From contig NC_043002.1 in NCBI RefSeq assembly GCF_006345805.1, positions 60,512,001-60,576,000 on the forward strand: 64,000 bases of DNA, written 5' to 3'. The DNA is from Octopus sinensis. Its lineage: Eukaryota. Shown in pieces: positions 12,178 to 24,900 of the stretch. The position numbers were made by a program, and so were the translations under genes. The notes beneath the pieces are model-generated. The model worked only from the letters and a program-made list of their open reading frames with translations. It searched no databases and was not told the origin of the DNA. Position 1 is the stretch's first letter; every line of letters starts with the position of its first letter.

Positions 12178-12695
12178 ACTTCTCGAGATTTTTACTCACT
12201 GTTCCCTGGGCTTCGACAATTATTGTTTCTCCTACCACCTTTTCCAGTGACCATAACTGCTTAAACTCCAAAGCTAACCTGTGGAATCTATCGACTTTTC
12301 TTTCTTCCTCATCGCATACCTTGTTGTCAGCTAGGTATGCTATATCTATGATCCATCATCATTTGATATCTTTCTCAATTAACACTATGTCTGGTTTCCT
12401 ATTCTCTATCTGATGGTCGCACTGAATCATAAAATCCCATAGGGTCTTTGATTTATCATTTTCTATGTCGCCCTCTGTTTATGTTCGTACCACTTTTTTG
12501 CACTGTCAAGTCCATACTTGTTTCAAAGCGTCCAATGGACAATTCTTTCTATATTATCATGACATCTCTTGTATTCTTTCTGGGCTAGTGGCGTACATTG
12601 AATGGTAATATGCAATACGGTTTCCCCATTTTGTCCACAAATTCTGCACTTATCACTTTCTGATATGTTGTCTATTCTGTATTTTATGTAATTGG
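12178..12695 (-). mobile_element. Decayed RLE-type LINE fragment (CCHC knuckle + restriction-like endonuclease), second family
   Basis: Minus-strand translation gives NYIKYRID..SDKCRICGQNGETVLHITIQC..KWYEHK..LWDFMIQCDHQIENRKPDIV..IIDIA..EFKQLWSL with stops and frameshifts. The 5' side abuts (TTC)n(TTA)n. Confidence 0.82.
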
Positions 12696-12741
12696 TTCTT
12701 CTTATTCTTTTTCTTCTTCTTCTTCTCTTCTTCTTCTTCTT

Positions 12742-12772
<31 letters not shown>

Positions 12773-12796
12773 TTATTATTATTATTATTATTATTA

Positions 12797-12831
<35 letters not shown>

Positions 12832-12842
12832 TATTATTATTA

Positions 12843-12880
<38 letters not shown>

Positions 12881-13340
12881 GAGTGAGAGAGCAGTTCATG
12901 CCATCAAAGTAACACTGGGGTAAAATATACGAAGCCCAATATACCCATCATGACTACCTGTCTGATAAAGATACACCAGGCACATGCATCACAACCATAT
13001 GTGCGCGACATGGTGATCTCATATCAAGATAAACAGCACATGACCTTGCAGGTGGGGCCCAGTTAGAATTTTCTTCAGGTTGAGTAGCCCATCCCGCTCA
13101 AACGGTCCCTGAATAAGGGTTGTTTAAGGATGTTGAAAGAACCACCCATGTTTCCGGAGGTGAACTATTCAAACCCCAAAGAATCCCTCTCAACACATGG
13201 CTATGATGCTCCCCCACTACTTCTGCTCGTGATCAGAGATGCACATATCGTCAGCCACTAAGGGACATGCTCAACTGGTTACGGTCAAACAACTGACAAG
13301 CAAATCTGTGGTATTGAGCAGAATATTTGCTGTAGCCCAT
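12881..13340. mobile_element. About 460-bp non-coding element inserted in (TTA)n, probably the 3'UTR or a non-autonomous derivative of an RLE element
   Basis: Sharp boundaries against (TTA)n on both sides, balanced GC content and no ORF. The family assignment is inference. Confidence 0.5.
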
Positions 13341-13366
13341 ATTATTATTATCATTATTATTATTAT

Positions 13367-13665
13367 ATGAAAACGCATAACTTAATTTGCTGGGTATGAT
13401 GGCAAGTATCAGCTGTCCACAGCCAGCAGACTAAGGTGACACTTGCTTACTGGTCATTCTTGAAGAACTCTGCGAAGAATTCTTGCAGTTCCAAGCAATG
13501 CTGATTTTTGTTAGTGCTCTACCTTGACACTTGCCCCAATCTTTTTCAGACATGTTAGTAGTTGAGTACTGATACTTCCAACTGCACCAATTACTAATGG
13601 TATCATGCCCACTCTCTTCATTGACCACAACCTTCGTATTTCCCACTTTACATTCGTCTTAGTTG
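13367..13665 (-). mobile_element. RLE-type LINE 3' end, third family
   Basis: KWEIRRLWSMKRVGMIPLVIGAVGSIS..QKSALLGTARILRRVLQE* followed by a short UTR ending in (TAA)n. Confidence 0.85.
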
Positions 13666-13675
13666 TTTATTTATT

Positions 13676-13904
13676 ATAGTAGTAGTAGTAGTTGTAGCAG
13701 CAGTGGCAGCAGCAGTGGCAGTAGCTGCAGCAGTAGTAATAGTAATAGTATTATTATTATTATTATTATTAGTAGTAGTAGTAGTATAGTAGTAGTAGTA
13801 GTAGTAGTAGTAGTAGCAGTGGCAGCAGGGGCAGCAGCAGTAGTAATAGTAATATTATTATTATTAGCAGTAGTAGCAGCGGCAGCAGCAGCTGCAGTAG
13901 TAGC

Positions 13905-13948
<44 letters not shown>

Positions 13949-13968
13949 CAGCAGAAGCAGCAGCAGCA

Positions 13969-14035
<67 letters not shown>

Positions 14036-14075
14036 TGTTGTTGTTGTTGTTGTTGTTGTTGTCATTGTTGTTATT
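13676..14075. repeat. Compound trinucleotide microsatellite (AGT/AGC/ATT/GTT)
   Basis: Directly visible; source of the poly-S/V/A/Q/Y/T/N ORFs in the track. Confidence 0.95.
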
Positions 14076-15386
14076 GTCCACTTAGAAAAGTTGTTCTTCG
14101 AAGAATACGGGAGGAGAAAATGTAAGCAATAACAGACAACGAATAAAATGATAATAATAATAATAATAATAATAATAAGATGATGGAGCAAAACGCTAAG
14201 AAGAATCTGACGAGTATGAGTACGATGAAGAGGAATAGGTAATCACTGGAAAGTAAATGGAAAGGAAAAAGGAAAAGAAGAAGAAAGAAGAAGAACCAAT
14301 TCGTAGTAAGAAGTGGATGGAGGTGGATGGAGGTGGAAGGAGGTGGCGCACGGTTTATAGCAATAAGTTAGTTACTGCTATAAATTTTACTATAAAAGAC
14401 ATTTATAATATAGCTAAGCTGAAAGCTGAAAGCTGAAAGCCTCATCATAAATATACTTAAAAATGAATATTACAGTGAAAATTCCAATCGCAAAAGTGAT
14501 AATGACATTCACAAAGAAGGACCGATATAGATTTAAAGTTTTAACAAGCACATTTATAATCTTGGTATAATTAAATAACAGCCCTTAACGACTTTGGAAA
14601 TCTTAGAATAAGAAATAAAATTTAAAAGGAAAAATAAATCAATCCAGAAAGCAAAATATTATAACAAATAAAGAGGAAAATTACCTTGAATCTCTGTTTT
14701 GTATTTTTCGTTTTCTTTTATGATTTTTTTAGTCTTTATTTATTATTATTATTTTTTTTGTCTTTCAAGCAGTGATACTCATATAAATTATAGCACTCAA
14801 AACGGATGTGACATTAATACAGGGCAACACAACTTATGATGGTAATATGGCGCCCATAATATTTAATTGCGATGCCAAAACCAATGCAAACATCCATAAA
14901 CAGTCGTACATCGGTATATGCGCCTGCACACAAACCTACAGACAAATGAGATTACGACTTGCTAGGTGAAGTACCTCGTGAAAGCAACGAACACATCAGA
15001 TAGGATAATGAAAATTATAAAATCTTAATGGTAGCTCAAACAAAATTTTAATACATTATCATTGTTAAACATCAACATAATCAGCAAAGGAGTACAGGAT
15101 CATCCAAAATACGAACGAAATAATCCCCAACATCAGCAGCGTCATCATCAATATCATCGTCATCTCAGTTATCATTTTTGTTTCTTCCAGTAATTATTTT
15201 GGAGATTAAGAAGCTTTCTACGCAACCACTTGGTTTTGTATTCAGTTCTCCTCTGCGGTGACTTGCAAGCACGGGGTTGCGTGTTCAATCCCCCTGTGCA
15301 GTAACTAGAACGAGTGTATTACAATATAGCCGAGCAATAACTCGTAAGTAAATTTTGTGGAGGGAAATTGTGTGGAAGCCCTCGTT

Positions 15387-15467
15387 ATTGGTATCAATCC
15401 CACTCTCTTCATTGACCACAACCTTCGTATTTCCCACTTCAAATCGTCGTAGTTGTTTATTTATTAT
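15387..15467 (-). mobile_element. About 80-bp fragment of the RLE family at 13367-13665
   Basis: CCCACTCTCTTCATTGACCACAACCTTCGTATTTCCCACTT..AGTTGTTTATTTATTAT matches 13595-13677. Confidence 0.8.
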
Positions 15468-15491
15468 TGTTGTTGTTGTTGTTATTATTAC

Positions 15492-15555
<64 letters not shown>

Positions 15556-15669
15556 CAGAATGCGGTGATTAAACTGTCGTCTAAATTACATAAAAATAAA
15601 AATAACTCATGCATCTCAATTTAAAAGATATATTAACAAAAATTACATAAAAATATCTAATGTGTAAAT

Positions 15670-15985
15670 TTATTCAATCAAATTTTCATAGGCTTCAACC
15701 ACGGCCTCCAGACGACTTCGGAATCTCCTGCAGCTCTCCTGGACGGTCTCCAAGTTTAAGTTGGTGAATGCCGCCAAAATCCTTGCCTTCAGTTCATCTT
15801 TGGCGTTACAAGCAGTTTTGTTGGTTTCTTTATCAACTATAACGCAAACATAATAATCAACCGGGTTGCAGTCTGGTGAGTTAGGTGGCTAGATGTTATG
15901 GGGGATGTGGTCGCAGAAATTGTTTGACAGTCATGACTGGGTTCTACTGCTTGTGTAGCATGGTGCAGAGTTCTGTTGCCAGATT
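15670..15985 (-). mobile_element. Tc1/mariner (DD37D maT-like) transposase C-terminal remnant
   Basis: WQQNSAPC..PPNSPDCNPVDYY..KDELKARILAAF..FRSRLEAVVEA..IE*, with stops and a frameshift. Confidence 0.85.
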
Positions 15986-16743
15986 CTTGAGCTAGAGCAG
16001 CACTGAATTCAAAGCCCAGTGACTTTCATCCATTCATCCATCAGGGGCATATAACACGAAGGTGATCTGCCTAAAATGTCTAGACTTGTTACTATACAAG
16101 AACTCAAGATGAGTTCGGACGATGAGAGTAAACTTTATTCGACTAGTATAAACACTAATATGGATAAGGTCTGATATCATCAAACCATCCAAAATGTATC
16201 TATATAGAATATCGCTCGTTGATATAGATAGTTAGTGCGAGAGCATTCACTTGTTTAAATAGTCATGTATTCATTCTAAAATGTAATCTACACATTTGGA
16301 GTACATATTACCTGTAAAAATAGTCCTGTTTGCTGTGAATCAATCTAAAAGTCTTGCTCCCGGTGCATATAGCTTAAACATGCCAGATGAACACATTAGT
16401 TAAATAATGTGATGGTTAGCAGTGCTATCACCAACTGTTGATAGGGTGATCTGCAGAGGGAGAATGGAACAGAGCCAATAGATTTCAGCCAGGAGCTATT
16501 GATATAGCGAATTACTTCAGATGAGGATTTCTGTGTAAATTTGTAGAAACAATGACGAACAACATCGCAAATTATGGCAACGGAGACAATTTCTTCAATT
16601 ACAGTACACAAAGGTTGTGTTGTCCGTACTAAAGTGTGTGACCCAAACCATAAAGGAACAATAGCTTGTAAATAGGCGCTGGTTGCAAACACACAACGAT
16701 CTCTGATTGAACAGAATAAGTGCACACTGCTCGAGTCCAAGGA

Positions 16744-16879
16744 GTTCTGAGTAGCTTCTCAGCTGCACTTTGCTCGAGTTCTGAGTAGTTTCTCAGCTGC
16801 ATTATGCTCAAGTTCTGAGTAGCTTCTAAGCCGCACTTTACTCAAGTTCTGATTAACTTCTCAGCTGCACTTTGCTCAA
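16744..16879. repeat. 34-bp minisatellite, 4 units, each with an internal CTGAG..CTCAG inverted repeat
   Basis: Units start at 16744, 16778, 16812 and 16846; consensus GTTCTGAGTAGCTTCTCAGCTGCACTTTGCTC(A/G)A. Confidence 0.9.
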
Positions 16880-17469
16880 GTCTTCATGGTAAGTGGCAGA
16901 CGAAGTAGGATAAAGGACTTCTGTGTTTACCCAAATAGTCTGCTATGGCTAATGACTAAATACATAGAGAATTGCGAAAAGGCGATAACTGCAGCTGAGG
17001 TATGGATACAGCAAGTTGTTTTATGAGAGATTAATCACCGCCTTTGAACGGTTTGCTGACCGACCTCTACGCATACATACCACACTTGCTCACAGACGTC
17101 CGACGCAACTGGCACTAAAACTGGACGATTTTCCGTTCTGTGAACCATTGAGCTGTAATAATGTTGAAGAAGAGCCTGGTAAAAGAGGTTGTCAATGATG
17201 ACACTCCCGACATAACTCAGCCCAATACAGAGTTTAAGATTTTGAGAAAATATTTTTGCGAAAATATAAATGCTTGTGAACGAGACCGTGGTCAGGAAAG
17301 CACAGTCGGGCGTAATCTCGATCAGTTCAGTCTAAGACAAATACCATCTCATATCATTCCAGGTAGAGAGCGTGTGCAACAAATCGATATTCCCTGGGTC
17401 ACCGAACAGTCTATTCAATCGAAATCATGCGGTAGGAGTGAGCGTTGTTTAGTATTGAAGATGTTCTGA
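16880..17469 (+). pseudogene. Unidentified decayed coding sequence (three overlapping open segments linked by frameshifts), probably TE-derived
   Basis: VFMVSGRRSRIKDF..EVWIQ, then FYERLITAFERF..LDDFPFCEP, then LKKSLVKE..LRKYFCENINACERD..SCGRSERCLVLKMF*. Protein-like composition, but no family recognised. Confidence 0.4.
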
Positions 17470-17719
17470 TAGAAAACATCTTCGACCCAGTTTCCTAATG
17501 TTGGATCACCAATTATGTTCGTAGGCCATTAGGGTAACAGTGTCTGATTTTGAAAGGTCCACAACAACTCATGACGCCATGTAACAACGTTGATGATAAG
17601 TCTAAGTCTATCGAAAGATGATGATGATGATGAAAAAAAATGGTGATGATAACGACTACGACTGTGTGTGTATGTGTGTATGTAGGTATGTACTTGAAAG
17701 CGCATTGCTTTGTAGTTAG

Positions 17720-17945
17720 GCTATATGGCTCACGATTGACAAGTCATGATTCCTATTCCCGGTAGTGGGTTGTGTCCTTGGGCATGACACTTTATTCCAT
17801 TTTGCTCCAATTCAATCAGCTGGCAAAATTCAAATGTACCTGTAATTCAAAAGGGTCAGCCTTGTCCCATTCTGTTTCCCACTGGATCTCCCTGATACGC
17901 ATGTCTATGGAATACTCAGCCACTCATTTAGCGAGTAGTTTGTTC
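17720..17945 (+). mobile_element. Degenerate CORE-type SINE with tail 1
   Basis: TGTGTCCTTGGGCATGACACTTTATT..CTCCAATTCAATCAGCTG (CORE-like) followed by GTACCTGTAATTCAAAAGGG.CAGCCTTGTC, shared with 35045-35080. Confidence 0.7.
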
Positions 17946-18796
17946 CGACGATGGAATCAATTAGAACGCTCGTCGTCGCAACCGACGATATATCAATTTT
18001 AAGTATGTGCTTAGGCACGTTTGCAACCATATTGTGTAATTATTAAATAATAGAACTACGTTAATTAGAGGATTTAATCAAATATTCTGTGTTCGAACAC
18101 CAGCATCGTCTAAGTTGTTATTTCCCAACCACCTGCGGTCAATAAACGTCATTAATAGCAAATATGTTGGTAGCATTTCTTGTGATATTTCGCTTCATAA
18201 TTCAGAAACAGGTTTGTTTGGAGGCAAATGATGGAAACCAGAGTAGAAATTCCCTCCGGCTTTGAAAACGAAATATTTACCGCCTCAAGAGAACGATACT
18301 TTATGTAAATATCCAACCATGAGAAGTCTAATGGCTTACTGTTTAATCGACTCTATATTGCTCAAAGTCTTTACGACCCCCTACTCAAGTATTATGCATT
18401 AAAAGATTATAGCTTCTACTTAAAAGTGGTTTCTATATTGGAAAAAGGAAAAAAAAAAAAGTGATTGGAGTTTTAGAGAAACAGGAAGTTAACAATAATA
18501 TAAAGAAAGTTGATGAAATGAATAAAATTGAAAGGAAATAACGCCGCCAGCCCCCTTCTCTAAAAATGAGAAACAAAACAACAACAGCTCCTTGTCAAAT
18601 CCAATGTGGAATTAGGAACTTTGTATATGTTGTATTCTTCCAATTATATTTCTATCTTCTGTTTCTTCTGGACGTTTGCGCTGTCATCGCCGTTAACATC
18701 ATCACAAATAGCGGTTTTCTAACACACACATTACTACATAAATGCATGCACAAACATAAACATGGGCACATAATATGCATAAATGTATACATATCA

Positions 18797-18980
18797 AAGC
18801 CGGACCTCTTCCTGTCGAGAGTCCCAGAGGAACCTACCTCACGGCAAGAGATGCAAATAAGGGTAGCTATAACAAACTCCATTCTTCACCAAGTGCCACA
18901 TATTAGAGGAGGCTCTTAGTAATAACAGTGTAGCAAAGCGACGGTGCATCAGCATGGCCGCAGCTCTGAGCTGAAACTAG
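18797..18980 (+). mobile_element. CR1-like LINE extreme 3' end (ORF2 C-terminus + UTR)
   Basis: KPDLFLSRVPEEPTSRQEM..NSILHQV..GGS* (stop 18917-18919), then the tail CGGTGCATCAGCATGGCCGCAGCTCTGAGCTGAAAC. Confidence 0.7.
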
Positions 18981-19578
18981 AGAGAGAAATATATAGAGAG
19001 AGAGAGATTGAGAGGGAGAGAGAGGGAGAGAGAGAGAGAGAAGTTATGAGAGCTAATGGTGTCAGAGAGGCCCAAAGGTGTCAGGTAATGATGAATAAGT
19101 ACTATGGATAGACCAATAGTTAAATTCCAGATTCGGTGATTATGCGAATAAAGGGTCCAACTTAGGTCATGTATCAGCGTGTGTATTTAATTTTTTTTTT
19201 CTTAATGAGATAAAAAACAAGTCTGTGTAGATTTTAGAACATTTATAAATAGGTGTTACAAATGTTTTTAACATATTTATTATATCCCTTCATCGGAGAC
19301 GGTATAGGAAGATGGTAAGCAATAGTATTGCTTAACCATCTTCTCATATATTGTTGTGTCGACGCCCCCAGGCGATGAAGTGGACTAGCCCAATACGTAG
19401 ACATAGAGGGAGAAGTCTAGACGTCGAGAAGTTGAGTAGAGGACATCGGAACGTGCGATATAACATATATATACTACGACGGATATATTTATATATGTAT
19501 GAATACACATCTACATACACACACATACGCATAAATATATATTTATATATAGGTGTGTGTGTGTGTGTGCTGTGTGTT

Positions 19579-19609
<31 letters not shown>

Positions 19610-20903
19610 AGCATCAGTTTCAAGTACATATACTCTTCCACATTTGGGTGGTCTGGTAGGAGCCTCTCGGACATTCTGGGATCCATTTAGAATAAAACGG
19701 AGCCTTTTCTCGTCTTGGGAAGGGTAGAGTTAGTAGCTGTACAGAGGAGTCCTCTCATGACTGATAGTGTCATGGGAAGGGCTGTTAATCATTGTCCTTT
19801 ATCTAGTTGTAGGGAAATAAGTGTTAGATTTATGGTGTTCATGAGGGTACCGTACATAGCAACAGTAACAGTCCCAGATGAATCTAAACTGGAGGTACTC
19901 TTAGTCTTCTGCGTATCAGCGACTTAACCCATCTTCGAAGAATCTGAAATTTCAAGGCAGCAATAGAACACCTGGACTCCAAGTCCATGAAAAATGTGCA
20001 AACATGATTCACCATAAGCTTCGAACTCGAAAACAAAAAGAAAACGAGTCTATAGAATAATTTATATCAAGCCTTCAGGTGGTGGCCAAGAAGTGTAAAA
20101 TCCAAGCCCTCACGGCAGACCGTTAGCGAGAAATTCTAATTGGTGATGCCTTCAATCACCGTCAATCAGATAAAGACTTCTCGATTCATCAGAAAAACTT
20201 TATAAGCTTGCTCAAAACTTGGAGGTGGTCATTCATGTAACTCGCAACCTATCGCAAAGCTCAGCCCGCATCGAGCAACCACCCCATCTCACAGCCGCTA
20301 AATCAGCATGATTTTGGTGTGTTGGAGACTTCCATAAAAATATTCCAATCGTTGGACAGCCGTATAATCCGTTAATCACGGCAGTACAACGTTTAAGGCA
20401 CATTTTATATTAGGTAAAATGGTATCCAATCTATCAATGCCATTCGACACAATGGCGCATTTTTGTGCTCAAGACAAAATAAAATATCTATTGTCTTTAT
20501 CTATTATTTACTATTGTAGAAAGGAATTAATGACAGGAGATCATTTTCAATTGACCTCATGAACTTTCTGTGATTGTAATCAATGGTCTGTTGAACCTAC
20601 TGGATGAATTCAGGTGTTCTGCTGATTTCAGAGTTTAGAATGCATTGCTATGATTTGATACTCCGTACGAACTTTGTAGACGAAACATCTGGCAACTTTT
20701 CAAGCTTGAGATATTTCTAAATCGGTAAGCTTAGCATTTATAACCACAATAACACCATGCCTCTTCATTTCTTGAGAAAGCTGAGGGTCTGCGATTGTCA
20801 TTTTCTGCAAAAAGATTATACAGATTTAGCAAAATATGCAGCAATGACCCCAAATGGTATATCCTCATATGCCTTACGCACCCTCAATATATATATCTAT
20901 ATA

Positions 20904-21972
20904 CTAGCATTATGACCCGTCGTTGCCGGGTCATAGTGCTAGTGCATGTATATATGTGTATATATATGTGTACATATTACATGTACATCTATGTATATAC
21001 ATCTACACATAAAATACAAAATACAAAGTTATATCTTGATATCGCTAGTGATAATAATACTCAAAATATATAACAGACTGCAATTGTATCTTTTCCTCCC
21101 TCTTGTATAGAAGTGTGGCTACAATCCAGCCTACCTCTACTTCGGGTGGGGGGGGGGGATTTTAAATTTTTATCCGGCACGTCCTACGTCCCAGATATAA
21201 AGGTAAAAATAAAATATTTCCACTTTGCAAGTTCGAGTCGAGTACTCCCTTGCACGCTCCGTTGACTCGAACCTTGCTTCTATTGTGGCGAATTTACCGC
21301 CTCTGGTTAGATATCTTTCATAGTCGCACCAAGACACTTTTCGAAGGTGCTTTCCTCCAGGTGTTTAAATCTTGTTTTTTCTCTACATTGTATACTTTAT
21401 AGACAATAGTCTTTTCTTTAATTTAATTTTTTATTATCCATCTGGACTATTCCATTTCTGCACACTAATTTTATTTTTAATTTATTCCCATTCATGTGAA
21501 ACCACTTATTCAAGTTCAAATCATTGATGCAATTTTATACCAATTGCTATTTTTACATTTGTTATGTTACGATTTAATTATTATATTATACTTTATTTTG
21601 GCTTTAATTACTACTTACTACATATAATTCAATTGTTATTATTATCTCTAATTTTTATTGTTAAAGTGAAGTTGAACATTTTCTTTTGCCCAAGAAACTA
21701 CATGGACCCTAAGTAAAGCATGTGTAAAATTTGAATGAAATTGGTTGTGTAGTTCTCAAGTTTTAGGGAATCGTAGTGGAGAAGATATGATATTGCTGTG
21801 GGCTCGCCCTTGGCAAAAAGTTAAATTTTTTTGCCGATGACACTCCCCGGACCCTAAGTAAGGCATGTGTAAAATTTCAATGAAATTGGTTGTGTAGTTC
21901 TCAAGTTTTAGGGAAACACACAGACAGACAGACACACATTCTCAGTTTTATATGTTTATATATATATATATA
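20904..21972 (-). mobile_element. Non-autonomous Helitron-like element; interior uncertain; 145-bp-period internal duplication at 21704/21849
   Basis: The minus-strand 5' end is TATATATA..AAAACTGAGAATGTGTGTCTGTCTGTC. The 3' end is a GC-rich hairpin followed by CTAG|T (20903-20943). Whether both ends belong to one element is inferred. Confidence 0.5.
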
Positions 21973-22688
21973 GTGATATTTTGTTGCCAACTTAATGTGG
22001 CAGTCCCAGAAAGGGGAAGAATGCTACTGCTATTTCGCCTCAGGAAACACCATTTCCAGCAAAGCTAGCATCCACCCCACGACACTAGTTTCAGAGTCAT
22101 CGCTCTTCATCAATTTGGAGTAGCTTGGCTTGCTACCCGTCGATGCTTATTCACCTTTGAAAACATTTGGAATTTCAAGTGAAATCATTCACTGATCTAC
22201 AAAATTAGAAATATTGCATTTCTAAATCTCTCAGAGAAACTTATACAGTAACATCACGATATAGTGATGGTTTATTGCAAGTTTAATGTGGAAGTCCCAG
22301 GAAAGGGGATTTTGCTATTGGTATTTAGCCCGAGGAAAGACGGCTTCCAGTTGGCTATCTGAGTAATGTGTGTGTATGCTACGATGTAATCTATGAATGC
22401 AGTAATAAAACGCCACCGAAAGAGCTATAACAAATTTCAAACACCAATGGTGTACTTTTATGCCGCATCTGGAACTGATCCTGTGTTAGATTTTTGTTTT
22501 GTATTGGATATCATACCTATGTAGGTATGTATCTAAATATATATATATATATTTGCAGTATAGAGCCAACATATGATACCCCCAATCTTTGTTTTACCTT
22601 ACTATGAACTGAAGATGACGTTACCCACCCAGTCCTACCGTCCTACTTGTTGATATACCTCGATTTTGTGAATACTTAAACTAATCTC

Positions 22689-22752
<64 letters not shown>

Positions 22753-24639
22753 CACACACAGTGTGAAGTTATAAGTATGAATATGTGTGTGTGTGAGTGT
22801 GTATTCATATATGATTGCATATACCTGTATGTCTATGTAGGTATGTATGCATGCATGTACGTACGTATGTACGTGTGTATATATATATATATATGTATGT
22901 ATGTATGTGTGTGTGTGTGTGTGTATGTATGTACGTATGCATGATTGTATGAATAACTGCAGCGTGTGTTGTCAGGTCTAATTTGAAAATCTCTTAATCA
23001 GTAAAGTAGACAGTCAAAAGTTGTCGGAGAATTAAGCAAACGTAATTGACAGGAATGTGACACAAGTGAATTTCGACCTCCAGGCTTCATTGAATGGCAA
23101 TACTAGAAACTAAATGCTTCAACAAGAATGAAAGAAACGGCGGACATCGCAAGCAACAAAATCAATATCCCCATAACAACAACAAAAATAAACAATGATT
23201 ATTATGATGGTGGTTTGTATTGGCACAAGGCCACACATTCGTCGGAAGTACAATAATGATATAGAACGTTTTAAATTGAACGTAGAAATATTTGTAATCA
23301 GAAGTGATCAGATAAAACCGAAGTAGAAATTACAGACGCATTTCATTTATCAATCTAACAGGAAATGGTAATTTGCCAAGCATTTGGCTAACATATCTAT
23401 CAAGTTTTCATGGAATATTTACAAAGATTTTCCTTGATGCGATTTGAAAGAAGAGTAGGTCTCATCCAAAATTAATCTGTATTTCCTTTTGCTATACCAG
23501 ATTTTCATCTTTCCTCTTTGTATTATGTGTTGCATTACTTAATTTCTCTAGAATCCTTCTTCTAAGTTTACCTCCTTACCCTATTGTATTTCATTTTTGT
23601 ATTATCCGCAAGGAGTTCGGCATTTGTTGTTTGTAGGTGTGATTTATAATCTAAAAGTATATACTTAAAAGCTGTTATGTTCTGCTTTCAAATGGCATGG
23701 AGGCCAGCTTTGCCTCTCTTCCTCTCATGATCGATAAAATAATGTACGATGAAATAATTTCATAGGTGAAATTAATTAATCCTATGCCATGAGGTAATGA
23801 GACTTTGTGTAGCTTGGTTGAAACTACAAAGGACTGAAAATCAAAGCGTCGAAGAGAATGAGTCTCTGTGTTCCGAGGACTTTCAGGCTGGGGATCACTA
23901 CGGACAAGATAGAGAAATCTCAGGCGTGGCAGTGCTGCTGAGATGCACTACTTAGGATGCAGTATGCAGGCTAGGAATTAGCACCTTGCAGGATTACTTC
24001 AACTGTATGCCAAACAACGAAAATATATTGCATGCACACGGGTAGTGTCCTATAAGGTTAAATGAAACAATTGCTACCACATGTTGGAATTCATCGTGAA
24101 AATGGTCCCACATCCCATCTTTGACAAGACAGAGCACGCAGTGTTTATCGAAAATTTTGCTCATGCGAAAAGCGATCGTATGCCTTTCAAAGCTAAAATG
24201 GTTAAGGACCTACGTTTTCATTGTCAGTTAATACTCCATCGACGTTTTCCAGTTTCATACGGAAAGGAGAGTGAGGGTCGAGAGAGAAATATTTTCTCCC
24301 AGTGAACTGGTAAAAAGGGAAGTAACTGTAGCAAAACTGGCAAGGGTGAATGAACTTTCTGTAAATATATGCTTGCAGATTAAAAGAATACAGTCGAACG
24401 CAGGCTTGGCTTGCTGGTAGTTAGGGTGCTTCAGGATTTGTCGGGTTCCTTTATCAGCCTATTTTGGAGGTTCTCTTGAACTAGGAGACCTGCAATAGCC
24501 ATGAATTCGCATATTTTGCGTACTCTATTTCCTTTTTTATTTTATTCTCTGTCTTTTTATCATCATTTTATGTAAATCCCCGCAAAATTTCGAAATTGCC
24601 CGTGCAACGCTCTCCTCATCTATTGCCCATGTAACAAAT

Positions 24640-24900
24640 GGAAAAAAAATCATCAACAGCACCAACACCATCACCACTACTACCACCACCACTATCACCA
24701 CCCACGACAACAACAACAACAACACAACTACCACCACCAACATCAACAACAACAACAGCAACAACACCATAACCACCACCAACAACAACAATACCAGCAA
24801 CATCAATACCATCACCACAACCACTACCACCACCACCAACAACAACAGCAACATCACCCCCAACACCACCCCCACCACCAGCACCACCACCATCATCATG
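24640..24900. repeat. Compound (CAA/CAC/CAT) microsatellite
   Basis: Directly visible; source of the hydrophobic 24537-24929 minus ORF. Confidence 0.9.

Noticed and set aside
16744-16879. CRISPR-like array (34-bp palindromic repeats)
   Set aside because: Units are contiguous with no spacers, there are no cas genes, and the context is eukaryotic.
19620-20440. Possible decayed LINE endonuclease (19620-19990, minus) and Tc1 N-terminus (20080-20440, plus)
   Set aside because: Only faint motif resemblance with many stops; too weak to annotate by eye.
24537-24630. Possible exon EESVARAISKFCGDLHKMMIKRQRIK* on the minus strand
   Set aside because: No homology recognised, and the upstream part of the ORF is microsatellite.
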